Assembly (NCBI RefSeq): GCF_009834535.1 | Contig: NC_045697.1 | Span: 29,638,001 to 29,702,000, forward strand | Length of the DNA: 64,000 bases | Direction: 5' to 3' | Source of the DNA: Camelus ferus | Taxonomy: Eukaryota | In this document: positions 27,400 to 40,770 of the stretch, in pieces | How positions within the stretch are numbered: the first letter of the stretch is position 1 | Layout: every line of letters begins with the position of its first letter | The notes under the pieces: model-generated | Database searches by the model: none | The model's input: the letters and a program-made list of their open reading frames with translations, nothing else | Told to the model about the DNA's origin: nothing | Made by a program: the position numbers and the translations under genes

Positions 27400-27960
27400 A
27401 ACCCTACTACTCTGATGTGCCAATTATTCACCCTTTGAGGCCCAGCCCAAATTTATCTTCCTCAGGTAGCCTCCTGTGATGTCCTGGCAGAAATGATCAC
27501 TGACGCCTTTGTGATTTTCAATGCTTCTCCTATCACATAGGGCAGGCTGAGGCTTACTCAAAATATGTGTGCCTTATCTTGACAGAGTCCTTGCAACATC
27601 TCACCTCCTCACCCTTTGTTCTCTGGTCGCCTGAGTTCTTTCTGGTTCTTCCCCACCTCTCGGAAAGTTCTTTCCCCAGCTCTTCTTCGGCTCCTTTCTA
27701 CATGACCACTAGGATAACACCGGTGTTCACAAAGGTTTTATCCCGTCTCTCCTCACACTTCATACAAACTTTCTGGGTGACTTCAACCATGTGCTAAGCC
27801 CAGCTACCAGGATAGTCTGATGACTCCCATCTCCCCACCCAGTACATCACCCATTCATTCACCAAACATTTACTGAGATACACCATATGTTAAGTATGCA
27901 CAATGCCTTCTCTTCAGGCCAGACCTCTCTGACTGTTCTGTGTCCAAGGTATTGGATTAC
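27400..27960. mobile_element. L2 remnants
   Basis: Pyrimidine-rich L2 motifs, plus a minus-strand tail cattcattcaccaaacatttactgag near 27852. Confidence 0.5.
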
Positions 27961-28879
27961 AACTTCTCGTTCATTGATGTTCTAACCCCATAGTGCATCC
28001 ATTCTAAGAGGCACACTTCACATTTTCACACAGGATGTATCTTATAAAAAAAATAGTATGTGTATAAGATTTTAAGAAAAACATTGTCAAAAATTTTGAT
28101 ACTATAATGGTGGCTCTTACAAAAACAATGGCATCTTACAGTCCATGAACTGTAAAGAGCTTCTTTCACAGGTCCTAATGGAATGTAGGCTCTTCTAACA
28201 CTGCCAGTCACCCAAGGCTTAGTCTCCAACCACATCTGTGGTATCAACTATTGCCCTCGGGCAACCTGTCTTCTGTGTCTGTTTACACAGAAAGCTCCCA
28301 GCTTTGGTTTAACCTCACCAAGTGATGGTTGGTTGAGACTTTGGAGATGTCTTAGTCCCTATGATCCCAGAAGTGCATAAAAAAAAATGTTTTATCCAGA
28401 TTCCAATGCTTTAGTAGGGAAGTGTGTCTGAGTATCCAGTCCACTGCACTGCAAGAGACCTAAACCTCAAACTAATTGTCTTCTCTCAAAACCGACTTTT
28501 CTCCCTTTGTTTTTCTGGATGTCATCATGCACTCTCACCCAAATCTGAAACCCAGTAGAGCAAGGACCAATGACCCTTCCCCCTTTCCTCCACTACCCCA
28601 GTACAACGAGGCACAAGGCCCAACTTCTTGCTTGATCAAAAGTGGGTTTGCTTTTATGTTTCTAATCATCATGGCACCTAACAGGATAATTTCAATTCAA
28701 TTCAATTCAAGGACAAGGAAGAAAAGTAAATGAAGCTAAATTAAAACCAAAACCATGCATCCCTGTTATGCATATAAAAGTGCTTTATATGAAGGAAGGT
28801 TTGAATACGGGAAAGTGGAAGAACTAGTTTCACACAGACCTCAAAAGAACCAGGACGCTGGCTTCAAAAGAACCACCAT

Positions 28880-29161
28880 CACATCTCCAAGGAGAGGTTT
28901 TGGTCCAAAAAAAATTATTTGCTGTGATAAATTAATGGTAATTTGGATGTTATTGGTTTTGCTTGAGTTTACTCTATAAATTTGTCATTGTTTTACAGTT
29001 ATATAAGAGCTGGAAGCATAAGGAGTTTATGCCTAGTTTTATGTTCAGGCATATTTAAGCTAGTCCATAATAAAAATATTTATGTCAGTACTGGGAATTT
29101 GTGAGGATTTTTTTCCTTTAAATAAAGAGGTCCATAAATTACTGAGATTCAAGGAACACTG
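28880..29161. mobile_element. hAT-Charlie-like terminal fragment
   Basis: Ends gaggtccat...aaggaacactg, a Charlie-type terminal inverted repeat (TIR). Confidence 0.45.
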
Positions 29162-30445
29162 GTCTTTCTATACTTCGCCAACTTTGATACATTTATCATT
29201 GTCTCCATAAATGAACAGAGAGAAATGGACACAACAGCACCAGCGAGAAATCATTTACTCAACTCCAGTTTCTCCCCGAGTTCTCCAGCCGTTTGAATCA
29301 GCTCAATACCGATTAATCCTTTAAGGCAGCATGCTTTCTTTCCTCCAACAGTGGCATTTTCCAACAGATAAGAAACGTGTTTCTAATATGCAGACACACT
29401 GCTCTGCTCAGGTCCTACCATCACCCACTTCCACTAGAATTTGTAAACTGGCACAAATGTACTTGGCAACAGTAAAGCAAACGAAATATGTTAAGCAAAG
29501 ACTAGGCCTTACCTTAAGGAAGTCCCTTTCCTGGTTGGGTTTCAACAACCGGGAATTTGGGTGAGCACAGCATTGTTGTTCTGAAAGAGTATGAGAAATT
29601 CCCAATCATGTCTTGTTAACTTATTCTTTAAGGATTGATGGACTGTGGTTCCTTCAACCTTCAGATATTTCATTTTTAAAGTCCTCCTACTGAGAAAAAA
29701 CTTTCTCCTTCTAAACTACTGACCCATGTGTCAACATCTTGTCTTTCTTTTCCCAGAGTCTAACTTAATCAGAGCCAGAAGAGAGGTCACAGCATATCCA
29801 TGAAACCTGTTACTGGACAGAGGAGCACACTGGGGCCCAGGATGTTGAAAAGGCTTACTGAGGGTCACATGGCTGCTGGGCAGAAACCAGTTCTACCCAG
29901 TCCTGTCACTCAATCCAAGTCTATGAGTTATCTGATTCATTTTAAATCGTAAATATTTGAACTAGGACCTGAAATCGATGCCTTTGGTCATCATTAAACT
30001 TTTTTTGTAAGTCAACTAATTTGATATTTTGTTCGTTATAATTTGAGGACATCCACAGTGTATGAAACAGCTCGTGTTTCAATAAAAATCTAACGAAGTT
30101 TCTCAAATTCTGAACTCTAATTCCAGGATCTTTATTTGGAAGTATTTTTTTGTTCCTGTTTTCATTTTTGTTTCTTAATCAGAATACATTAACTCCAGGT
30201 GGGAGAGAATGAGATTACCTTTTTATTCAAAGAGAAAAATAGAACATTCTACTGATAGTTTAAAAATAACACAGTAACCACGTGTAACTCGAATTCAGTA
30301 ACTCTCAGATTCAGATCTGGGGCAGGGGACACAAACACGCATTCTTAACAAGAAGTATTATAACACTGATGGTCTGAATGGGAGACACTGATCTATTCAA
30401 ATTTTTTTTTAGTGAAACTAATCTTGGTACTATTTCTACCTAGTT

Positions 30446-30501
30446 AAGAAAGTAAGATGGAGAAAGGAAGAAAGTAAGATGGAGAAGGGAAGAAAGTAAG
30501 A
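30446..30501 (+). repeat. 22-bp tandem repeat x2.5 (aagaaagtaagatggagaaRgg)
   Basis: Direct observation. Followed by (CAGA)n at about 30525-30550. Confidence 0.9.
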
Positions 30502-31519
30502 GAGAATCCAAATGACACACTACACAGACAGACAGACAGACAGACAGACATGGTGTTACCCTTCAGGCATGTGGAAAAGTAGCTTTCATGAAATAACATT
30601 CCTAAACTCTGGCCTAGTAAACTATGTTGAAAGTGGTTGCTAAGAATTCTAAAAACCAGCTCAAAGCAGAAATGGCGCTATTACCCAAAGAACAGGTGAA
30701 ATCACAGACTAGTACAGGGTTTGGCATATTTCAGGCCCTCGAGAAATATTTGTTTAATTAAGAACCAACTCAAGTTCGAGCTGGAAATCTATTTAACCAC
30801 AGAAGTGAAATAATAATTAATATGATCACATCTTATTTTGCCCCTATGTTTGTTTCCTCAGGGCATCTGTAATGGCTGAATTGGAAATGGAACCATAAGT
30901 ACTATAATAACATTTGTTGGAAAGCTCATCCTATATTTTCATAGCTCCTATATTGATGGATATGGCTTTATTAACTCTTCTCAGGCTTTTTCAAAGAAAT
31001 ATGAACTCTTAAAATTACATACATTATCCACCTTAAACCGAGTAACACTGGCAAGCAAAACCCGCTAGAGAGGATGAGTGGGGAGAAAAGAAAAGGGGAG
31101 GAAATGGAGATACAATTAATTGGGGAAAAAAATCCAAAAGTAAAGAAGTCAGGAATTAAATGGAACTAAAAACAAAAACCGCTACTTCATAGTCCAGATA
31201 TTGTAACATATCATTTTTAACAAAAGAGGTTAAATATCTCCAACAGACATTGTGGGGGACACTATCAGAGCTCCTGAGGGCACAGGGAAAAGAAATCTCC
31301 CTGTGCTCGCTAACCCATCACCAGTTCAGCTACATCCATCCAGCCATCCATTTCTTTTTACTTTTCTCATTTCAGGATATTAGCAGTGTTTATTTTATTC
31401 CTTTTATCCAAAAGAAAAACCTGCTGCTACATTAGGAAAGAAAACTTTTCTGTGAAAATAAATGTCTGCTGTGAAGCTAGCTGAGTGCACAGTTTTAGGA
31501 AAGTATTAAGAAACTTCAA

Positions 31520-31735
31520 AGGATCTGGGGTTGAGAGAAATGGGTTCCAATCCTGATTGCATCACTTATTATCTTGATAAGTGACCTTGAGACTGACTCA
31601 TCATTTAACTTTGAGTCCACTTCCTCCTCTGTAAAATAGGGGCCATGACGCCTACCTTCTGGAAGGATGTGGGGACTAGGGACTGTGTGCTCAAGAACCG
31701 CAGCACAGTGCCCAGCACTCAGCGAGTGGCTGTTT
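31520..31735 (+). mobile_element. MIR
   Basis: tgggttccaatcctg...ttcctcctctgtaaaatagggg...agcacagtgcccagcac. Confidence 0.75.
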
Positions 31736-32379
31736 TCATTGTTCTTTCACACCTGAGGCATTTGCCTGAGGGCTCCACAATGTTCTGTTTGGGCAAGCTG
31801 GTCTAAAGCGAGTATTTCCCAGACCATGAAGCGGTCTGTTCCGTGCTGCAAGAGCTCCCGCAAGAAAGCCCCCCTCAAATGACCACCAAACTAGCACCAG
31901 GCTTGTTAAAGCTGCGAGCCCAACAGCCCTTGGGAACTGTGTTCTGCTCCCACCCCCCACCCCAGAGTACACACGAAATGAAAGCCGCTCCCCCCAGGCC
32001 TTCTCAAAGGACCAGGCACCCTTGAAGCGCTAAGTCTAGCATTTTAGCTATAGTGAAAGCAGCCAAAGAAATGACCCCCAAATTGCCACCCCTGGAGCAA
32101 GCTAACCCTTGCATAATGAGTAGGGGTGTGGACGGAGCAAATGCAAGAGGCGGGCTTGTAAATCTGCTCCACTGCCCTCATCCCCACCTGCCAGGACACA
32201 CAACTGCTCCAAGTAGGAGTCCTCTTGATATCTGGACCCAGCCAGGATGTGCCAAGAAGTAACACAGTAGAGAAAGAAGCTGCTAGTTCTTAGCAAATTC
32301 ATGGCCCACAGGTAAGCGCTACATACTCCGAGCCCATTTCCAAGGTTATTCTAACTGTGATTATGAGAAGAGGGTCACA

Positions 32380-32570
32380 CAAGGGACAAGGGCACTGACT
32401 CCAAAACCAGATCACCTGGGCTCAACACCTGGCCTCATCCCATACTAGCTGTGTGACCTTGGACATGTCATGTTGAAGGGACATAATGACAGCACGTAAC
32501 TCACAGGGCTATTGAGAGAACTGAATGGACTGATACATGTAAAAGCACTGTTGGTTAGCGGTTATTACCA
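32380..32570 (+). mobile_element. MIR
   Basis: tactagctgtgtgaccttggac...gatacatgtaaaagcact. Confidence 0.75.
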
Positions 32571-32694
32571 CGAAGCAGTCACTCAATTCTCATTAACAGA
32601 TTAGAGGACTGCTGAATCCCTAAGAGGCGAGGCCCAAACTAAAGTTCTTTAAATTGAATTGTGTTTTAGACACACGAGAAAGTCACTCTGGTTT

Positions 32695-32815
32695 TTCTAA
32701 AGCGGTGGCTCTAAGCCAGGGTGGCATCAGGAGCACCTAGGAAGCTTTTCCAAAAGGTACATGTCTGGGCAGTAGGTCTGGCTTAGAGCCCAGAAAGTGT
32801 ATTTTGACAAAGCGA
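32695..32815. mobile_element. MER5-like hAT MITE fragment
   Basis: agcggtggctctaagcc...catcaggagcacctaggaagctt...gtaggtctggc. Confidence 0.55.
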
Positions 32816-33039
32816 TGTCGCTCTCACGCCCACCTGGAGGCAAGACACATTGACTGAAAGCAAGTCCCAACTCCACCAGACCAGCCTTTCTTGGCAGGGT
32901 GGGCATGGTTCAGGGTGTTTCAAGGGTACCGATGCCCACAAAAATGCCTCTGCAATCTGTGTGCTGCTGCCTGAAATTCCTTTAGCAGAAGCTTCCCACT
33001 GCACAAATCAAAACATATTTTAAACTAAAAAAGGAATGA

Positions 33040-33220
33040 ACCTGAGTTGAGCATCTACAGCAGGTCAGGCCCTTTGTATAAATGTCCTGCTCCTCAAGAT
33101 CATCTCACGGCACAGCTCCTACACAAGGGAGGAAACTGAGGGGCAGAGAGGTTCTGGGGCAGAGCCAAGAAGGTTATGCAGTAGAGCGGGGATGACTGCC
33201 CACTGCACCACACTGTCTCC
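33040..33220 (-). mobile_element. MIR
   Basis: gaggaaactgaggggcagagagg. Confidence 0.6.
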
Positions 33221-33644
33221 TGGCCTACCACCTGCACTCAGGAGCCCCAGACATGGTTCTAAATCAAGGACAATGAAATTGGACTGAGGGAGGAGCTCCA
33301 GACACACATGCCACCCCACCCTCAGGTCTTCTCAGGTGGTACTGAACCAAGAATGAGTGGAGTTTAAAGATGCAGAAAGGATTCCTCCATTCCCCCTCAC
33401 CTCCTCCTCCAGGAGAGGATGTTAGGGCTAATCTCAAACCCACCAAGCCTTAATGTTATATCTATACAACAGAAATGTATTAGCCTTAAATTTCTCCCTC
33501 TCTTTCTCTTTTTTTTCTAGACGAAAGGAAAGAGCAGATAAATTAATGGAAATAAATGGATAAAAGTGGAGAAAATGACTTAATATACCTAAAAAAAAAA
33601 ACTACTACACTATGAAGCTTAAATAAGATCACAATATCCACAGT

Positions 33645-33860
33645 AATATTAGCTAATATTTGTTAAATTTAATCAGTACCAAGAACACATCACCTCCCGA
33701 CAACCCCTAGGGATTTCCATTTTTTCAGATGAGAAAACTGAAGTAAGAAAAGGTAAAAATAACTTGTCCAAAGACCCCCAGTTTGTGAACAGAAATTCAA
33801 ACCCAGGATAAAATTTGGCCTTCTCAACTCCTAGGTCTAGTGTGTTATTTTCTCTATTAA
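33645..33860 (-). mobile_element. MIR
   Basis: ccattttttcagatgagaaaactgaag...aacttgtccaaag. Confidence 0.7.
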
Positions 33861-36029
33861 ATCGCTATGTGATCTGCCAAGTCTTATAGAGATATTACTT
33901 TCCTTGTCATTTAGAAAATTTCCATGAGCTGTAAAGTGACTCAAAGCTGCAGAGAAAGCAAAGGGATGTGGATAATCTATAAACTGGAATCTCATCCCTG
34001 GAATAAATAAGAGAAGCTTGTAAACCTATTTTCAGCCTAATGAACAGAAAATAAATAGAAGCATCCAAAGAACACGAAGGCAATCAAGAAACAACACGAA
34101 GGAGGAGAGCCACAGGCCTAAGAGCGAAGACGGAAAAAAAAGAAAAAACAGGATGCTGCTTTGTGGGCGCAGGAGAAACAATGCTGTTTATGAGGAAACA
34201 TCAGTAGAGGGAGGTGACTCAGGCGACTGGGAGACAAGGACCCCAGGCCCTGAGCAAGCTGGCCATAAGGAACAGATGGGGCCTCCCAGGTGCTGCTGGC
34301 CTGGATCGGAGGACGAGGGCTGAGCTCACCAGGCCTTAGAAAGGAAATGATGAAGTCCTGCTGCTTAAGCAGTTAGTCAGAGAGCCGAGTAACACCATGC
34401 TTCCTCCATCTCCCCTCCCTGCAAATGCTAGGGCCTTACCAGCCTTCCCTTCCCAACAGAGGCGAAGATCTTTAATACTCGATGGACCCAGAGAGACAGG
34501 GAGAACTCTCTCCACACTGTACCCTGGTCATCAATGAGGATGCCAAAGCAGACCTCGGAAGTGGAGCATGGCCACAGAAACAACCAGCCACCAGGTGACC
34601 GGATTCCAGATGTGGCTCCAGGGATTAAGACTTCCCAGCTAATGACAGGATGCCTCTTTGCTCTTTGCCTGAAATTCAATCAACTCAAACTGACAACGCA
34701 TATTACAGGATACTGCCAGTTTCCCTGGGGAAAAGGAGGCGACAAGTTTGGAAGGAGGATCTGGCAAATACACAATGAAGTTAAACCAGGACCTTCACAG
34801 ACATGGCTCCTTGATTCCAGACTCTTTCTCCCTGAGCGCAGGCCCCAAGTCTCTCTCAAAAGAGCAGCATTCCAGGTGACCAGAGGCAATGAGGACCCAC
34901 CCAGTGAACTCCTTTACTCAGGAGAGTCTGGGAAGCCCAGAAGCATTGAATGGGTGACTCCAGGTCATACAGGGACTTGGAGAGTGAGCCAGACCAGAAA
35001 CCTGAGCCTCCCACATGTCAGTTTTGTGTCAATTCTTGAAAAACAAGATTCATGTCTTATCTCTTGTTTTATTTCATACCTTTTATTATGGAAGCTTTCA
35101 AACACATAAAAAACTAGAAAGAATGAATGGAGCCCCAAACACCCATTACCCAGCTTCAGAGATCATCAGCTCCCGGGCAATCCTGCCTGCTCTGTGTACT
35201 GAATATATTCTCTAATGTTTCAAAGACAGGGATCAAAGGAGGAAGAAAATTAACTCTAAAGTCAAGTCCTAAAGGGCTCTGTATTTATATCTTTCTAGCG
35301 ATAAAATGTAAGCAAGTGTTTAAGTCACAACTTCAATCTCTGAATTCACAACCGATTTTGAATGTACACACAAATTATAATCAGTACTTTAGGGCTACAA
35401 ATTGCCAAGACACTGACACAGAGCACAAGAGAAGCCTCCTTTGATTTAGAGATGATCTCAAGACATATAATTTCCCTTTATCTAATTAGAGAACACAATA
35501 ATTTCTCCTTGTACCAGACAGCATAAACCCAATCAAGTGCTTAATAGATATTTTCTGTGAGGATAAATTCCTTGTAAAAAACAAACCAAAAAAACCTATA
35601 ATTTATAAGGTTTAATGTAAACACAGAGAGTAAACTCCAGATGTTTTTAGAACCAAGAGAAAGTTCTAACTTAGGGGTTGATTCTTTTCACTTAGGGATA
35701 TTCCTAACGATCCCTTAAAACATGTGTAATTTTTTTAGAGAACGAGATTAAATCCAGGTGTTTAAGTACACATCAAGGTTAACACAATACTCACCTTCTG
35801 GGCGTAATTCTGTATTTTCATTTTTCTTTTTGAGTTTTATTTTACAAAGGATTTTAAGTCGATATATTTTCCCTTCAGTCCCTTTTTCAAAAAAGTTCCC
35901 CCATCAGAATAATAAACCATTTCCTTAAACCATTAAATCTCACATACTTCCCTCATGAAAATATCAAGTATTTTGTATTTTACTTGACCATTTGAGATGT
36001 CTGCAACACACCCATGTAGGGGAAGACAG

Positions 36030-36153
36030 TTTGAGATTTAGAATCCAAAGAACCCCAGATGTGCGGGTTCTAGCTGTGTAACACTGGGCAAATTGCTTAC
36101 CTACTTCCTCACTGTACACTAGGGTCATATTAGTACCTGCCCCTCGGGAATGC
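36030..36153 (+). mobile_element. MIR 5' part, truncated by LTR insertion
   Basis: ctagctgtgtaacactgggcaaattgctta...tagtacctgcc. Confidence 0.7.
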
Positions 36154-36904
36154 TGTCAGAACTATATCCGGTTCTCTGATCCTCCAACACCAAGTGAGTG
36201 TCCTACAATTCAGTTTGGATACCAACTACCTGGAGGGAGCATCCGACCCACAGGTATAAGGGTTCAGTCCTACACAACCATCCCACTTCAGACACCAGTC
36301 ACAGGTACCAGGTCCCCAGGTTACCTGTATTTCTGTCTGACTTAGCTCCACATTCAGGGGTTCCCACAACCCCCACCCTCTTAGGTTCACTAGAACAACA
36401 GCTCACAGAACTCAGGAAAGCACTTTATCTACCATTAAGGGTTTATCACAAAGGACACAACTCAGGAACAGCCATACAGAAGAGCTGCACAGGGCAAGGT
36501 GTGTGGGGCGGAGGTGCACAGAGCTTCCACATCCTGTCTGGGTGCCACCCTCCTGGCATCACACAGTGTTCACCAACCCAGTTGTTTGGAGGTTTTATGC
36601 AGGTTTCATTACCTAAACATGATTGATCAAATCATTGGCCACTGGTAACTGAATTCAGTCTCCAAACTCCCCAACCCCAAGCCCAGGGTAAGGCTGAAAG
36701 CTCCAACCACTTAATCCTGACTTGGTGTCTCTGGTGATGAGCCCTAATCCTGAAGCTACTTTAGCAATGCCTTCTCAGCCCCAAGGCAGGAATCATCTCA
36801 TTAGTACACAAAAGATACTCTTATCACTCAGGGATTCCAATGGTTTTAGAAGCTCTGTGCCAAGAACCTGGGACAAAGACCAAACATTTTTCTGTTACAC
36901 CACC
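36154..36904 (-). mobile_element. Solo LTR, MER21B/C-like
   Basis: Minus strand near its start reads tttggtctttgtcccaggttcttggcacagagcttctaaaacc. Internal ctcacagaactcaggaaagcacttta. Confidence 0.85.
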
Positions 36905-37199
36905 TACTAAATGTAAATAAAAAGTGACTATAGGTGTTTTTATTAATACAAAACAGGACTGCAGCACTGCAGGTGCCTCCCCAGGACTGCATGGCAGACA
37001 AATGGTTTAAGTGAGACTGCTCGCCCCCATCCCCATGTTCCTTTCTTCCTTCCAACAGTCAGTGGTTCAAGAACGGACAAACACCGTAAACAAGGAGCCA
37101 AGGGCATTCTCCAGACCGCAGTGAAGGGCTCTGAGTTCACCTAAGCAGTATGAAGCTCAACACTTTTGAATAACAGTTTGGAAAACTCTTTCCCTACTT

Positions 37200-37700
37200 G
37201 TGAACAAGGACACACATCGTTCTGGAAGCTACGGGCAGCCATTTTACCAACCGGAGGAAAAACCACAGTAAAAAAAAAGCAGCTGGCAGAAGAGACCGGT
37301 ACCAAAGTAGTGTTTCTCAATAGCCTGTAACAGTCTACAGTGAGGTCAGGACGGAAACAAGCATGTTTAGAAACATTTATGGCAACTTGGCAGAAAAATT
37401 TTACATCTGTTGAATTTAATTTTAAAAGTACGGACTTAATTTCATTGTTCTAGTAATTCATTTGTATTTGTATCCTATTTTATGAAAGTATTAATCTGCA
37501 TTGGGTTAGATTTTTTTTTTCCAAGTTCTTTTCCTCAGATAGCCTGGAGAAGCACTGGCCTAAAGATCTAAGCAGTGAAATCACAGCCTTTATCAAACCA
37601 CAGCTAAGCCGGAGGCTCACCTCTACATTTCAGTTAGGTGACCCAATGGATACTCTCTGTTGCCTAAGCCGGTTTGAGCTGAATTTTCTGCCATTACAAT
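37200..37700 (+). mobile_element. Old MaLR LTR (MLT1J/K-like) split by a hAT MITE
   Basis: ggcagccatttt and a 3' end taagccggtttgagctgaattttctgccattacaa. Confidence 0.6.
37308..37557. mobile_element. hAT-Charlie MITE
   Basis: TIRs tagtgtttctc / gagaagcactg and a degenerate 8-bp TSD taccaaag / gcctaaag. Confidence 0.7.
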
Positions 37701-39009
37701 GGAAACTACTCTACACCTGATACTGGAAAATGATTATCAACCCGAAGCAAGGACAAGATGGAGGTAAGACACAGTGAAGATAAAGGTACGGAGAATTCAA
37801 ATCATTACATAAAACTCTGCATGAAACTAAAGAAGAAAATACCCATTCAAAGATGTATAACTGGATAAAGGCTTCCACAGCCCTGCAATTAAATGGCCAC
37901 CTGGATGGGTTTCCTTCCTTTAAACAGTGAACCCATGCAAACATTTCATTGTGTCACCCATTTCAGCAACTGCTAATTTTGAGCCAAATGAATTATCTTT
38001 AAGCAAATGTCACACACAGTGGGGAGTGATTTCATTTTCCTAAACTGTTGTCAAAGCTTTGCACACTGAAGCTTCCAAAAAGGAGAATTGGAAAAATGAC
38101 AATTTAGAGGTGGGAAAGAAACACGAGTTATTTCAAAGCAGCAGCCTGTGATACGGTGAAATCCTTCTTCTAAAGTGCCTCCATCTAACATTTTCCAAGT
38201 TACAATCATTTCAACCACTGGCTTTCATTGTACTTATGCTAAAATTTAGCTGATTTATTTTTATAGTATTTTACCAGGGTGAAAAGCCGAAAATGAATGG
38301 GGGGGTGGAAAAGAAAATATTACTGGAGGTTTAAAAAAATAAAGATAAAACTAGAAATGGAAGGAATTAAAGAAAGAATGAAGAATGAACTTTAAGAAAA
38401 ATGTTGACTAGTTTTAGTTTAGCTTTAGTTTCACTAATCTCAAACAATCCTAAAACAGAATGAAGTTTCTCTAAGTCAAAAGTCCATGTATAATAGGTGA
38501 GGTGAGCAGGTTATGGGGGAAGTACTCACCCCCATAATCGGTTCAAGGCCAGGGAAGTCCCAGATCCCTTAACAAGATGGCATAGTCCCTGGAGTGAGAC
38601 AGTTAGGGAGGAGAGAGTCACAGCCTCCTCCAAAGCTTCCTTAACTGTGGCTCCAAAGACATTTTCCCCAGGACTCTAAGATTTAGAAACTTTTTATTTT
38701 TTTCTACTTTTTTATATTTCTAAAAATTAATAATACAAGAATATTTTAGGTCAGTCAAATGCCAACCTTCTTACAGCCCAGTAATCTGAATTTCTAAATG
38801 GCATTTGTAAGCATGCTGGTATCAAGATCACTTAAAATGAGATCATTTAACTCTCTTTAGCATTTCTCAAGCTGTGGTGCCCCTAGACATAGTCTCAGGG
38901 GTCAACATTATCCCAACTTTGAGAAACTCGAGCTAGTTAATTCTATCATATCCACTTGGAAGGAAGACTGAATAAATTTTACAGTTAAAAACAAAGAGGA
39001 ATAATGTGA

Positions 39010-39480
39010 AGTCCTGAGAAGCACACAAGATCACTTCCATAATATTCTTAACAAAAATGCATAACCTTCATTCAGTCACGAGGAAACAATGAACAAACCC
39101 ACGCTGAGGGGCACTCTACAAAAGACCTGGTCAGTACTCTTCAGAGTGTGAAGGTTATGAAAGACAAAGAAAGGCTGAAGCACTGTTCCGTATTAAGATG
39201 ACTAAGGCACTATGACACTGAATGTAACATGTAATCCTGGACTGGATCCTAGACCAGAAAAAGAACATTAATGGGACATTAACAGGCATAATTTAAATAA
39301 GGTCCTTACATTACAGTATTAAATCAATGTTTATACCCTGATTTTGATCACTATACAGTGATTGTGTAAGATATTAACATTTAGAAAATCAAGATGAAGA
39401 ATGTAAAGGAATTCTTTGTACTTTTTGCTATTCTTTTTGAAAACCTTAAATTATTTCAAAGTTAAAAATGTTTAAAAAAT
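39010..39480 (+). mobile_element. L1MC4/5-like 3' UTR
   Basis: gttatgaaagacaaagaaaggctgaag...atcctggactggatcctagaccagaaaaag. Confidence 0.8.
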
Positions 39481-40159
39481 ATATTAAATAGACAAGGAAG
39501 GGTTTGAACTCACAAAAAGAAGTACAAACAGCAAACACAATGTCTATTAACGTCCAGTGGACTACAGGATCTGGTCTCCTCTGGAGACGGCCCTCATGGG
39601 GATATGACCAATGCATGACATCAGATTCCCATTTGGCTTCTTGGGTAGGTTTCCCTCCAGAACTCAGGTCTAGACCCACTTCTAGCTCTAGTCTTCACTC
39701 TAACATTAACAACTGATATTTTAGTTTACATGAATCTCTTGTGATTTGGGTTGACAAGAACCTGACATCTAGAGTCCAATACTTTATAGGTGTGCTGAGA
39801 AAAGAACTGATTTTCCAGGCTATCAAAGCTGAAAACCAGCCTCCAGACTATGGTGATAAAGAGCTATCTGCCCTGTGGGCGGTGCCTGACAACCATTCTG
39901 CAAGCCTGTAACACTCAAAGATTATTGCTGTTTTACAGTTTCTTGCAAAGATGCAGAGTTCCCAACAAAAAGAATGTACTCGAGGTACAGTCACCTTGTA
40001 AAGCAGAGGAAGGTGTCAACAGCAAACTTTGAATCCTGTTGAATAAATAGGGTTATAAAGGACAAAAATAGCCAAGGGCTGAGAACCAAACTCATCATAC
40101 ACAACTCAGCAAAGGTTTAGCAGACTGTTTGAACTGAATAGCCCTTTTATAAGGCTCCC

Positions 40160-40452
40160 TTAGGACTTACACCCACAGTGGCCCAGAATGATCCTTGGGA
40201 AAAGTAATTCTATCCACATCTTTCCCCAACCTACAACTCTTACATAGTTTTCCATTGCACTTAAAATAAGGACCAAAATTCTGGTGGTAGCCTCGTGTCC
40301 TGGACCCCGTCTGCAGCTCCAACCCTCAAGGCCCCTCCCCCTTGCATGTGACAGTCCTTGAGTCAGCCTTCATCGTCACTCCAAAGACACACTGCAAATT
40401 TGCAAATTGTGCTCTTTGTCTAGAATGTCCTCCCACCCCTCACCCCAACACA

Positions 40453-40490
<38 letters not shown>

Positions 40491-40770
40491 TCACCCTAGC
40501 TAACTTCCACTCCTCAATATTATTCAGTTTTCAGCTTAAATATCACTTAATCAGGAAGGCTTTCCCTTATCAGCCTTGAGGACTAGGTGAGTGCCCTGTT
40601 TCAGAGTGTTCTCACAGCACCCTATGGTTTCTCCTCTTAGAACCTACCACCATTTCTAATTATATATTTATAAGTCTCTCCTGATTAGATGAGGAGCATC
40701 CAGAGGGCAGGGATGAAGTCTAGTTTGCAAACCACCACTTGCCAATGTCTAGCACAGACTCTGCACTTCA
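40160..40770 (+). mobile_element. L2 3' end containing a (CA)n microsatellite (about 40447-40489)
   Basis: tttcagcttaaatatcactt...gagggcagggatgaagtctagtttg. Confidence 0.7.

Noticed and set aside
30446..30550. CRISPR-like repeat array
   Set aside because: Head-to-tail 22-bp units with no spacers, next to a microsatellite, in mammalian DNA.
34534..35109. Longest ORF in the track (191 aa)
   Set aside because: No recognisable domain or exon structure, and it runs into an old L1 remnant. Consistent with a chance ORF.
36198..36626. 142-aa ORF
   Set aside because: Lies wholly within a MER21-like LTR, with no protein motif.
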